DNA of 64,000 bases from the NCBI GenBank assembly GCA_964607285.1, contig CAZSJW010000001.1, forward strand, positions 66,514-130,513. The letters are read 5' to 3'. Below are positions 19,484-30,698 of this stretch, piece after piece. The translations under genes were made by a program, and so were the position numbers. The DNA comes from an uncultured Pseudomonadales bacterium. Its GTDB lineage: Bacteria; Patescibacteriota; Microgenomatia; UBA1400; PJMF01. The notes under the pieces were generated by a model that was not told the origin of the DNA, did no database searches, and saw only the letters and a program-made list of their open reading frames with translations. How positions within the stretch are numbered: position 1 is the first letter of the stretch; each line of letters starts with the position of its first letter.

Positions 19484-19489
19484 AGGAGT
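19483..19489 (+). promoter_or_regulatory. Shine-Dalgarno sequence (AAAGGAG) for atpC
   Basis: aaaggag sits 5 nt upstream of ATG at 19494. Confidence 0.5.
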
Positions 19490-19493
19490 TTCT

Positions 19494-21960
<2,467 letters not shown>

Positions 21961-21982
<22 letters not shown>

Positions 21983-23439
21983 AATTGAAGGATTGTTGTT
22001 TTTTGGGCGGTAAGTAGCTTGAGCAGTGCTGAAAAAGAGGTGCAGTTTGCTAGTTGGGTGAGCAAGGGTTGTTGTTTCGGCGTTGCAAGTGTTTCTGAAA
22101 GTGTTTGATGCATGTGTTTTAGTTCAGCTTTAGTAGCCTCTGTTGCTAGGCCGTTCCAGATGCAGGCGATTAGTAGTTTGGTTGCAGCAGCACCATGATG
22201 ATTTGTATATTGCAGTGTGAGCAGATTTGAAAGCATCGAGCCTTTCGCTATAACTGATTGAGACTCAGCACTGAGTTCGGAACCAAAATGTGTCAGACTT
22301 TTAGCTTTTTCATACTGGCTAATAAATCTAGTTACGGTCAGTGTGATGTCTCTATCTAGTGGAAGTTGTGTTTGCTTGCCCACACGAGTAACGGAGAGTG
22401 TGCTGTCTATTGCCGGTCGGTGACCACTAGCAAAGAGGTGCGAACTAAACAATAGATGGCCATCGGTAATACTTATTAAATTCGAAGTAATGTAATCAGT
22501 GAGATCCTCACTACTTGTTTCTGCCAAAGGTAGGCAGGTGATTGATGCTGATCCATCTTTGGCTTGAGTCGAGGTAAAGCAACCAGCACGCTCCAATAAG
22601 CGCGCGTGCGTGAAGAAAATATCACCTGGGTATGAGTCACGGCCAGGAAACTTGCCTGCTAAAAGTGAAAGTTCGCGATAAAACTTTGCATGGGTAGTCA
22701 GGTCATCCAAAATGACTAGCACATCCGATCCCTGATCGCGAAAATGCTCAGCAATAGTCATGGCAGTAAATGGCGCTGTATTTATTGCGCTCACCGAGTC
22801 CTGCGGTGTAGTAGCAACCACAACAAATTTTTTAGCAAACTTACTTTCTGCAAATTGATTCGCAATTCGTTTGACTTCAGCTTTCTTTTTGCCAATCAGT
22901 GCATAGACTACAATCGTCCCAAGTGCTGCTTGAGCAAAAGCTGCCGCCATAGCAAAGGAAGTCTTGCCAGTTTTTCGATCACCTGCAATGAGTTGCCGCT
23001 GTCCTTTACCAATTGGCAACAGTACATCTACTATTGCGACATTTGTGCTGAGTGGTTCATTGATACGGTGCCTGTCGATGAGCGGGAGTGGTGGTACATC
23101 CACAGGTAATTGCATGGAACTTGCCCGAGACACTGTACCTGACAAACTGTTTCCTAGTGGATCAATACAACTGCCCAACAGTAAGTCTGAGACAGGAATA
23201 CTTAGTGTTTGCCCTGAACGATACACTTTGCTGGCCAATGGAATAGGCTGTGCATCAAAACTGATGACATCTATTCCCTGTTCGTCGAAGGATAGCACTT
23301 GGCCAATTGCGCCACCCTCAAAAATGACTACTTCACCTGAGTGAATAGTGGAAAAACCTTGCACACGGACAAGCGGATGGTGAACAGCCGTTACTTTGGC
23401 ATACTCTTCGGATATTACGGTGTAGTGTTTGTGTAGCAT
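21961..23439 (-). CDS. atpA: F1 ATP synthase alpha subunit
   Basis: P-loop GDRKTGKTSFAM plus ILDDLTTHA and ETSSEDLTDYITSNLISITDGHL. The probable start is the internal Met (MLHKHYTVISEE..); the ORF is open to 23523. Confidence 0.9.
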
Positions 23440-23447
23440 AGGTATTG

Positions 23448-23897
23448 TTACAGTATGGTGGTATTCCCAAGTAAACGTGCGACACTTCGGTCTATTCGTT
23501 TTCCTTGAAACTCTACAATACAACCAGCATTGATAGTTGGGTCGTAGATAATTTCTAGTACTGTTGCGGGATGCGCACTGCGGCGGACTGTGCGGCAGAG
23601 CGCAATAACTTGGCGGTGAGTAGGTTGGTATGCCACTGTGAGGGTGGCTGTAGGTAGATTTTCGAGTTGGTGGAGCAAGGCAATAAATGCGTTTTGGCCG
23701 CTGGACTTTCGTAGGGTCAAAGCTTCTAATAGAACTGGTTTATATACCTCAGACACAGCATCTAGTGCTGGCAGACTGTTCGTTTGTTGCAACTGCAAAG
23801 TTTGTAGTGCCGAAATTACTGCAGCTAAATCTTCTGATGTAAACACAGTGGAGGGTAACTGTGAAAGTGTAGTGAGCATACTTTGTGTTTCGGGCAT
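23448..23897 (-). CDS. atpH: ATP synthase delta (OSCP) subunit
   Basis: Operon position between b and alpha. The C-terminal block DPTINAGCIVEFQGKRIDRSVARLLG resembles the delta C-terminus. Confidence 0.65.
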   Translation of the reverse strand: MPETQSMLTTLSQLPSTVFTSEDLAAVISALQTLQLQQTNSLPALDAVSEVYKPVLLEALTLRKSSGQNAFIALLHQLENLPTATLTVAYQPTHRQVIALCRTVRRSAHPATVLEIIYDPTINAGCIVEFQGKRIDRSVARLLGNTTIL

Positions 23898-23902
23898 GTA
23901 AG

Positions 23903-24484
23903 TTATGCGGATTCATCCATTGATAGGGCTTCTTCGAGCATTTTCTCTGCTAATTGGTGATGCTGTTTTTGAGTCAGCGACGTGCCGAGAAGTTTAGCTG
24001 CAACTTTGTTGGCGGCTTGAACGCCCGCTGCTTCTACTTTGGTAATTTCTGATTGTTTGAAAGTTGTAATTTCTTGGAGTGCAGTTTTGAGTGCTGTGGC
24101 AACTTGCGTTTTTAGTTCTGTGTGGAGTTCTGGAATAATTTGTTTCAGCTCTGATTCCAGGACTTGTGCTGTGTCAGCGACAGATTGCTTTAGTTGCTTG
24201 CTAGCTGTTTCTGCATGTGCATGGACTGATTTGTCCAGTTGCTCTTTTAGTTCGGTTTGCACCGATTGTTGCCAGGTTTGCAGCGAAGCTAAAACTTCCT
24301 GGGCTGTTGCGACAATTTCTTTGCGAACGGCAGTCAGTTCACGTTTGAGAGCGCTTGCGGATTGATCTTCTATTTCCCGCTGATTTGCACGCCATCTACT
24401 GTAGAGGAGCACAGCTAGTACGACTTCTGTCAAGCCAATAACAGCTAGTAATTGTAGTGCGGGAAGAGTTAAAAACATAGTCAC
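23903..24484 (-). CDS. atpF: ATP synthase Fo b subunit
   Basis: It has a single N-terminal TM helix (LPALQLLAVIGLTEVVLAVLLY), then a roughly 150-aa A/E/K/Q-rich coiled coil. It sits directly upstream of atpH. Confidence 0.65.
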   Translation of the reverse strand: MTMFLTLPALQLLAVIGLTEVVLAVLLYSRWRANQREIEDQSASALKRELTAVRKEIVATAQEVLASLQTWQQSVQTELKEQLDKSVHAHAETASKQLKQSVADTAQVLESELKQIIPELHTELKTQVATALKTALQEITTFKQSEITKVEAAGVQAANKVAAKLLGTSLTQKQHHQLAEKMLEEALSMDESA

Positions 24485-24487
24485 CTT

Positions 24488-24673
24488 TTATACAATCAAA
24501 ATCACATACGCTCCCGCAATACCGGCGGCAACAAATACTAAACTCATTAAACTGTTGAAAATAATACCTCCCAAGATTGCAGTTTTTGCAAGTGGGTTTC
24601 GACCGAGTGCTACCACACCTTTTTGAGCGCTGCGGACGATGGTAAATATGCTTAGTGCCATAGGAATGAGCAT
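24488..24673 (-). CDS. atpE: ATP synthase Fo c subunit-like hairpin, atypical: Asn at the ion-binding position and a short helix 1
   Basis: The 61-62 aa two-helix protein is at the atpE position. It aligns to a c-ring consensus: IVRS..GVVALGRNPLAKTAILGGIIFNSLMSLVFVAAG against IVSR..GIARQPE....FIGVALVEAL. RNP replaces RQPE. N replaces the conserved E/D. The GxGxGxG motif of helix 1 is absent. Confidence 0.5.
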   Translation of the reverse strand: MLIPMALSIFTIVRSAQKGVVALGRNPLAKTAILGGIIFNSLMSLVFVAAGIAGAYVILIV

Positions 24674-24729
24674 CACTTACCAAGCCCGTTGCCTTTCTCA
24701 AAGATGCTACATTTGGCAGGCATATCAGT

Positions 24730-25137
24730 TTGAACCAAGATACTTCGGGCACAGTGGCTATTCCAGCTGGCGCAACTAGGGTACGGGTTACGTTTGCCGA
24801 GCAGTTTGCTAGAACTCCGGTGGTGTATCTCACACCGCAGCAATCTATCGCGGGGGAGTACCTTCAAGAATCAGTTTCGGAAACAGGATTTGAGATCAGG
24901 TTCAAGCAGGCGCAGGCAGTAGAGATTCTCATAAACTGGCTAGCAGTGATGACAGAAACAGCTGATGGTGTACGGGTTGAAGTTTTAGAAACAGGAGCTG
25001 TCAGCGGAGCGTCCACAGAAGAATCATCAGAGCAACAATCGAATCCTATGCCAACACCTGCAGTCTCCGTAACCCCCGAACCCACTCTTCAACCCAGCTC
25101 AACGCCTGAGCCTACTCCAATTCCTCCATCTGAGTAA
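24730..25137 (+). CDS. Hypothetical protein with a P/T/E-rich tail (TTG start)
   Basis: The 135-aa ORF has a beta-strand-like N-terminal half (VRVTFAEQFARTPVVYLTPQ..GFEIRFKQ) and a PT-rich C-terminus. No ATG is in frame. It occupies the space where atpB would be expected, but on the other strand. Confidence 0.3.
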   Translation: MNQDTSGTVAIPAGATRVRVTFAEQFARTPVVYLTPQQSIAGEYLQESVSETGFEIRFKQAQAVEILINWLAVMTETADGVRVEVLETGAVSGASTEESSEQQSNPMPTPAVSVTPEPTLQPSSTPEPTPIPPSE

Positions 25138-25210
25138 CAATCGTACTCACTGGTCAGACAAATTTACATCTAGTTTTACACTTTGATTTTCTGCTACAGT
25201 ACAAGAGGTA

Positions 25211-27349
25211 ATGGAACATATACTTGGCAAACCGCACCAGCGATTGTGTTTGGCATTGATTGCTATAGTTATAGTTTTTTTGGCTGCTTTTGGGCGAGCA
25301 AGTCCCGCACTGGCGGCCACAGGAATTCGCCAAACTATCAACTTTCAAGGTAAAGTTGTCAACTTAAATGGCACTAATGTGGCAGATGGTGCCTATGATT
25401 TTGAGTTCAAAATTCATGATGCTGCGTCCGCAGGATCAACTATTTGGACAGAAACACGTACGGGTGGCAATCAAGTTACAGTTACGGATGGAGTGTTTCG
25501 CGTAGAGCTGGGATCTGTTACGGCATTGCCAGGGTCAGTGGATTTTAACACAGACAATCTATATCTGAGCGTTAACTTTAATTCAGATGGCGAAATGGAT
25601 CCGCGCATACGTTTTACTGCAGTACCATATGCGTTCAATGCGCTGAAAGTTTCAGGCCTTACTGTCACGCCAACAACTGGTACTCTGACTATTCCTAGTG
25701 GACAGACAATTGCATTTTCCGGTGCGAATGCGGTAACTTTGACCAGTACTGGTGCAACAAACGTTACGTTGCCTACAACTGGTACGCTTGCTACCTTGAC
25801 AGGATCAGAAAGTTTGACTAATAAAACAATCGGTGCTTCTGGTCTAGTCTTCTCTGGAGCTACTACCGATATCGATACGGCTGCGGCAGAAGGATTGGTG
25901 TTGCAGGGTCGGGCGGCATCTTCTTTCAGTACGACAGGTGGTGCAATTACGTTTCAGGCAGCTGGTTCGGGTACTGTCAGTACGATTCAAATTGGTGTGG
26001 GCGGGGCGGGGTCGACAACGCCCGATTACCTGGCACTTGATGTCAAAAGTGACACAGGTGACCCAGCCGGAGGTGCGGAAGGGTACATGTACTACAACAC
26101 TTCCGACAATGTGTTTCGCTGTTATCAAAATACTGGCTGGACAAACTGTATCGGTAGCGGCGGTACGTATAGTTCCTGGACTGTGGATACGGACGCAGAT
26201 GGCTTTGATTTACAAGATTTGTCAAATATTGAGTTCCGAGAAACTGCGGCCGCATTTGCGGGGACTGTGGTTGGATTGTTCCGTGACAACTCTGGTGATT
26301 TAACTGCGAACGTTTTGACTGCAAAAACATTTAACATTTCCGTAAACGGCACAGATGAGTTTACATTCTCTAGCTCAGCGCTAGATGCTGGTACAAATTC
26401 AGTGTTAGCTGCGGCTCTAGATCAATCTACGGCTGGCGCACTAACTATTGGTAATACTACAGCAACGTCAGTCTCGATATGTAACTCTGCAGCATGTGAC
26501 ACCATATCAATTGGGAGTAATGCGGATGCAGACACAATTACAATTGGTGATAGTTCCGATGGTTTGACGATTGCAAGTTCAACCTTCAATGTAGCAAGTG
26601 GTGCAATTAGCGGTGTGACAACACTGGCAAGTTCAGGCGATTGGGCATGGTCTGCTACAACACCTACAATCACCGTTAGCGGTACAGAGACATTTACTGT
26701 CACCAACGGTACTGATTCATTTTCCGTAAATACAAGCGGATCTGCCATGACATTTACCGATGGCACAAATGCGTTCACTTTTGATGCGGATACAGGACCT
26801 TCGTATGCGGGAACAGCCAGACCTGCCAGACAGTCTATGCTTTCACCCGAGTATCCTGGCGCTACCTTGACTGGTGATGGTGGTAGTAACACCGGAACTA
26901 TGACCTCAGATTTTTGTGAACAAGGAGCGAGTGCAGATATTCCAAATACGAACACTTCGGTTTGTAACACTTCCAGTGATATACATAATTACTATAGTTG
27001 GACAACGAACCAAGGCTCAGTGCAGGATTATGATGTATGGCTTCGCTGGCGTGTGCCAGATAACTTTGCGGCTTGGAGTAGTAATCCGATTCAGGTCTGG
27101 GCTAAACGTACGGATGCAACTAATAATGCAGTGACTGCATACGTGTATGATACAGGCGGCACATTGGAAAATGCTGGTGGAACCCAAATAGCGGGTACAA
27201 CATGGACGCAGACCGCTGTGGAAGCTTCATTTGCTGGCACCTATACACCTGGTTCATACCTAACCATTCGTTTAGTTATGGCAGCAGATACGGGTGGTGA
27301 TAGCGTGCAAGTTGGAGAGATTAATTTGAATTACTTAAGCAATAACTAA
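25211..27349 (+). CDS. Large secreted fibre/adhesin-like protein (712 aa)
   Basis: Signal anchor LCLALIAIVIVFLAAFGRASPALAA. N-terminal module INFQGKVVNLNGTNVADGAYDFEFKIHDAASAGSTIWTE..VTVTDGVFRVELGS. There is a long T/G/S-rich beta-repeat region. YMYYNTSDNVFRCYQNTGWTNC resembles tail-fibre/collar-like repeats. Confidence 0.55.
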   Translation: MEHILGKPHQRLCLALIAIVIVFLAAFGRASPALAATGIRQTINFQGKVVNLNGTNVADGAYDFEFKIHDAASAGSTIWTETRTGGNQVTVTDGVFRVELGSVTALPGSVDFNTDNLYLSVNFNSDGEMDPRIRFTAVPYAFNALKVSGLTVTPTTGTLTIPSGQTIAFSGANAVTLTSTGATNVTLPTTGTLATLTGSESLTNKTIGASGLVFSGATTDIDTAAAEGLVLQGRAASSFSTTGGAITFQAAGSGTVSTIQIGVGGAGSTTPDYLALDVKSDTGDPAGGAEGYMYYNTSDNVFRCYQNTGWTNCIGSGGTYSSWTVDTDADGFDLQDLSNIEFRETAAAFAGTVVGLFRDNSGDLTANVLTAKTFNISVNGTDEFTFSSSALDAGTNSVLAAALDQSTAGALTIGNTTATSVSICNSAACDTISIGSNADADTITIGDSSDGLTIASSTFNVASGAISGVTTLASSGDWAWSATTPTITVSGTETFTVTNGTDSFSVNTSGSAMTFTDGTNAFTFDADTGPSYAGTARPARQSMLSPEYPGATLTGDGGSNTGTMTSDFCEQGASADIPNTNTSVCNTSSDIHNYYSWTTNQGSVQDYDVWLRWRVPDNFAAWSSNPIQVWAKRTDATNNAVTAYVYDTGGTLENAGGTQIAGTTWTQTAVEASFAGTYTPGSYLTIRLVMAADTGGDSVQVGEINLNYLSNN

Positions 27350-30300
27350 TGCTGAAATACGCACATACAGCTACACTACTTGGCAAAATCTTTTCCGTTT
27401 TGCAAGTGTTTTGTGTGTTCAGTGTTGCGGCAATCGTAGTTGGTACCTATATTGTGTTGCCATTGACATCGCTGGACGTGTTTCGTCCAAGTAAAGTTGC
27501 AGCTGCAGTGGAAATAACGGAGCACGGAGAGCTGCATAGTCGTACATGGTATAACCCTGAAACCAACGAGTATAGAGTAGTTTCGCTCGTTGGAGCTCCG
27601 CTTTCGTTGGAGACAGGTGGTGTAGTCGATGCATCCATTCACAGACGAAATGATTTAGAGTTCCGGGGTTGGGAAATCACACAGGTTCCCATTCCATTTA
27701 GTGTAGCTGAATCTGGAAGAGTAACGTTGAATCCAGGAGGTCAGCAAGTGGAGGTAACGTTGGAACAAACAGGGTGGTTCTCTGAAGTATCGCAAGAATT
27801 TTCCACCTATTCTAACGCTCCTCGGTATGATCCATCTAGAGTAAGTTTCAAAGACTACAAACGGCAAATTGGACCAGATTTACAAACACTGCAGACCGAT
27901 GTTACATGGAGAGCTATTTGGGATGGCTTGGATATACTTTGGAAAGTCAGTAGTTTGGGTGTGCAAGAAAAAATAATTGTATCGTCAGAATATCGGTCAA
28001 ACATGCTGCAGTCACTCTCGCAACATTCTGACTGGATGGCATTTAAATTTGCTGCAAAACTTCCTGATCAAACGCAAGCTCGATTAGAAACAGCACTCAC
28101 TCAATCTTCACTTCCAGTTCTAGACGAAGAGGATTGGGTCTTCTATGGAATTGATGATGAATTACTAGCATTCCTACCCGCGGATTATGCATATGTGGAT
28201 GCTGTAAGTCCCACTGGACATCCTCAGCGCAGGCATTGGGCAAAACTTAAACGTCAACTACTGCTCTCGGAAGGAAAAACTTGGATCATTGTGGGTTTAC
28301 CAAAAGCTGACCTACTTTCTTTGCCAGAAGGCGACATCGTCTTTGATCCAACATGGCAGATTTCCAGCACTGCGCACGATGCTTACAGTGAAGAAGCATC
28401 GCCATGGAGCGAAATAACCACTCCTGCCGGATCCGTGTATGGGAAATTTTACTTAGGAATCGACCAATATACTTCTTCGACTGCATATTGGGATGGTGGC
28501 TGGAAGTTTGTAACGAGCATACCGCAAGGGTCTACGGTTACAGCTGCAACCATAGCACTTCAGGACAATGGTGATAACGCAGGCTCCATAACAGGGGATT
28601 GGTTTGGGTACGACGTAGATTCAGTTACGAACTTTACGTCGGACTCGCACAGAGTGAGTGATCATCACACACGAACAACAGCTAGTGTGGCGCATGATTA
28701 TTCGGCAATAACTGGCACTATTACCTCTCCAGATTTATCCACAATTGTACAAGAAATTGTAGATAGAGGAGGATTTGGTGGAGATATTGGACTGACCTAT
28801 AGGAGTGACACAAGTGTTGGTGATAATTGGCAAAGTTGGATTGACTATACTGACAACTCAGCAAATGCTGCTGTATTGGATGTTACTTATACTGGTGCGA
28901 TCCCTATTTTAGAACAAGAAGGTTTTCGTTGGCGTGATGATGATGGAAGTGAGTCAACAGCAACTTGGCTGGACAGTCAAGACACTAGTATAACCAGAGC
29001 CACTGCTACTAACACTCGACTTCGTATATTGGTTGATGGAACTAATGATCCTGTTACGTCACCATATCAGCTTGAGTATAAGTTATCATCTGACAGTCAA
29101 TATCGCCAAGTATTGACAGCAAATTCATTTGCATCTGTGAGTACCACCAGTAATACAAATGGTACTTCACTTGCTGGTGGAGTATCACTCAATATGCCCT
29201 CAGGAATAGAAGCTGGAAATTTGTTACTACTATTTGCATCAAATGATAATACAGGTGGCACGAACATGGCAGTGAGTGGCTGGACACCATTGTTTAATCA
29301 ACAGTACACAGGTAATGTAGTTTCTTTTGGTGCATGGGCAAAAATAGCTGCGGGTAGTGATACAGCAACACTGACTGGTGCTTCTCAGGACTACGCTGCA
29401 ACGGTGATTAGAGTTGTAGGGCATGGTGTTACCGATGTATCAACGGATATACAGGTTGGTACTCCAGCAACAACTTCAACAGCGAATCCGAATCCTCCAA
29501 GTTTGGATGCAGGCTACTCGGAAAAATGGTTGTGGATAGAGGGGTTTGGGGCAGATGATGACGATGGTGCAGCAGGTACCTATGTTTCAACGAATTATAC
29601 CGCTATCACTTCAGTGGAGTCCGCGCAGTCTGCAAGTTCTACTATGATAGGTTTAGGGTATAGGCAGTATGAGGCACAAACAGAAGATCCTGGAACTATG
29701 GCAATGGATGCAGCCGAAGAAGCGCTTGCTAACCTAATCGCAATTCCGCCCTTTTATCAGCAAATACTCCTTGCCCCTTCTGCAAACATTGCCGCATCAG
29801 GGGAAAATACCACCGTTCAGCTAACGGCTCCAAGTGGTAAAACAACAAGTGATTTTGATGCAGGGCGCATTCAGGATGATGAGAATCCATCAGACACCGT
29901 TGACATCACCGAAGACGATTACACAGAACTTGAGTGGAGTCTCACTGCCACCGCAGATACGAGCGCGGGAGATGTATACCAGTTTCGAGTAACTGCAAAT
30001 GGCACGCCTCTTGATACCTATACAGTGACACCGACGTGGACGATACCGTCCAGTAATTCTAGCTTCACTCTTACTTCATATCGTTGGTTTGTGGATTCTA
30101 ATGCTGAGACAGTATCAGATGCTTGGGGAGATCCTGATATACCTGAGGATACAAAAGTAGCGATACTTCCAGCGTCAAATGACGCTCCTTCGCAAGCTGA
30201 TGAGCTTCGATTGAGAGTTGCGGTTGTTATTGGGTCGTCAAATTTGTCTGCAAGTTCGCAGCAGTATAAACTGCAATACAAGTCTGGCACTGATGCAGTG

Positions 30301-30693
30301 TGCACAACCGGGAGTTGGACTGATGTTGGTGCAAGTGGAGGGGGAGAAATCTGGCGATATGCAACCTCTTCTGTAACGGATGGCACAACGCTTACGGATA
30401 TGGAGCTGACAGTGTCAGATGTGCAGGGCGTGTATGTGAAGTCTGCACCAACGGCAACAAACCCAAATGGCGCCACAATTGGAGAGGCACTTGAATATGA
30501 TTTTCACTTGGAACATAATGGAGCATCGGATGCGAATACGTATAGTTTTCGCGTTGTGGAGAGCGATGGCACTGAGCTCTCCACCTACACGAGGTGTCCA
30601 ACTCTTATGACAAATGCAACAACAGCGCAAGAACTTCGGCATGGAAACATCTTTGCGGACGAGATCGAGCAAGGATTTATTCGAGCTGAATAA
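27349..30693 (+). CDS. Giant cell-surface protein (1114 aa) with two RWR-DDG/LamG-like modules
   Basis: N-terminal TM or signal. Modules begin FRWRDDDGSESTATWLDSQDTS..YQLEYKLSSD and YRWFVDSNAETVSDAWGDPDIPEDT..QQYKLQYKSG. The C-terminal 450 aa are about 70% identical to the next gene. Confidence 0.6.
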   Translation: MLKYAHTATLLGKIFSVLQVFCVFSVAAIVVGTYIVLPLTSLDVFRPSKVAAAVEITEHGELHSRTWYNPETNEYRVVSLVGAPLSLETGGVVDASIHRRNDLEFRGWEITQVPIPFSVAESGRVTLNPGGQQVEVTLEQTGWFSEVSQEFSTYSNAPRYDPSRVSFKDYKRQIGPDLQTLQTDVTWRAIWDGLDILWKVSSLGVQEKIIVSSEYRSNMLQSLSQHSDWMAFKFAAKLPDQTQARLETALTQSSLPVLDEEDWVFYGIDDELLAFLPADYAYVDAVSPTGHPQRRHWAKLKRQLLLSEGKTWIIVGLPKADLLSLPEGDIVFDPTWQISSTAHDAYSEEASPWSEITTPAGSVYGKFYLGIDQYTSSTAYWDGGWKFVTSIPQGSTVTAATIALQDNGDNAGSITGDWFGYDVDSVTNFTSDSHRVSDHHTRTTASVAHDYSAITGTITSPDLSTIVQEIVDRGGFGGDIGLTYRSDTSVGDNWQSWIDYTDNSANAAVLDVTYTGAIPILEQEGFRWRDDDGSESTATWLDSQDTSITRATATNTRLRILVDGTNDPVTSPYQLEYKLSSDSQYRQVLTANSFASVSTTSNTNGTSLAGGVSLNMPSGIEAGNLLLLFASNDNTGGTNMAVSGWTPLFNQQYTGNVVSFGAWAKIAAGSDTATLTGASQDYAATVIRVVGHGVTDVSTDIQVGTPATTSTANPNPPSLDAGYSEKWLWIEGFGADDDDGAAGTYVSTNYTAITSVESAQSASSTMIGLGYRQYEAQTEDPGTMAMDAAEEALANLIAIPPFYQQILLAPSANIAASGENTTVQLTAPSGKTTSDFDAGRIQDDENPSDTVDITEDDYTELEWSLTATADTSAGDVYQFRVTANGTPLDTYTVTPTWTIPSSNSSFTLTSYRWFVDSNAETVSDAWGDPDIPEDTKVAILPASNDAPSQADELRLRVAVVIGSSNLSASSQQYKLQYKSGTDAVCTTGSWTDVGASGGGEIWRYATSSVTDGTTLTDMELTVSDVQGVYVKSAPTATNPNGATIGEALEYDFHLEHNGASDANTYSFRVVESDGTELSTYTRCPTLMTNATTAQELRHGNIFADEIEQGFIRAE

Positions 30694-30698
30694 CCTAT

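Noticed and set aside
19236-19493. N-terminal extension of the atpC ORF back to 19236
   Set aside because: It overlaps the upstream gene in another frame. The epsilon-like sequence begins at the Met at 19494, which has a consensus RBS 5 nt upstream. The extension has no similarity to anything.
24396-24833. 145-aa minus-strand ORF considered as a possible atpB
   Set aside because: It is not hydrophobic and has no TM helices. It overlaps atpE and atpF in another frame.
24673-24867. Minus-strand ORF ending ..EKGNGLGK, which looked like a glycine-rich helix-1 fragment of a frameshifted c subunit
   Set aside because: The rest of the ORF is hydrophilic, basic and Cys-rich, not a TM helix. The glycine run is too short. 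It is treated as noise.
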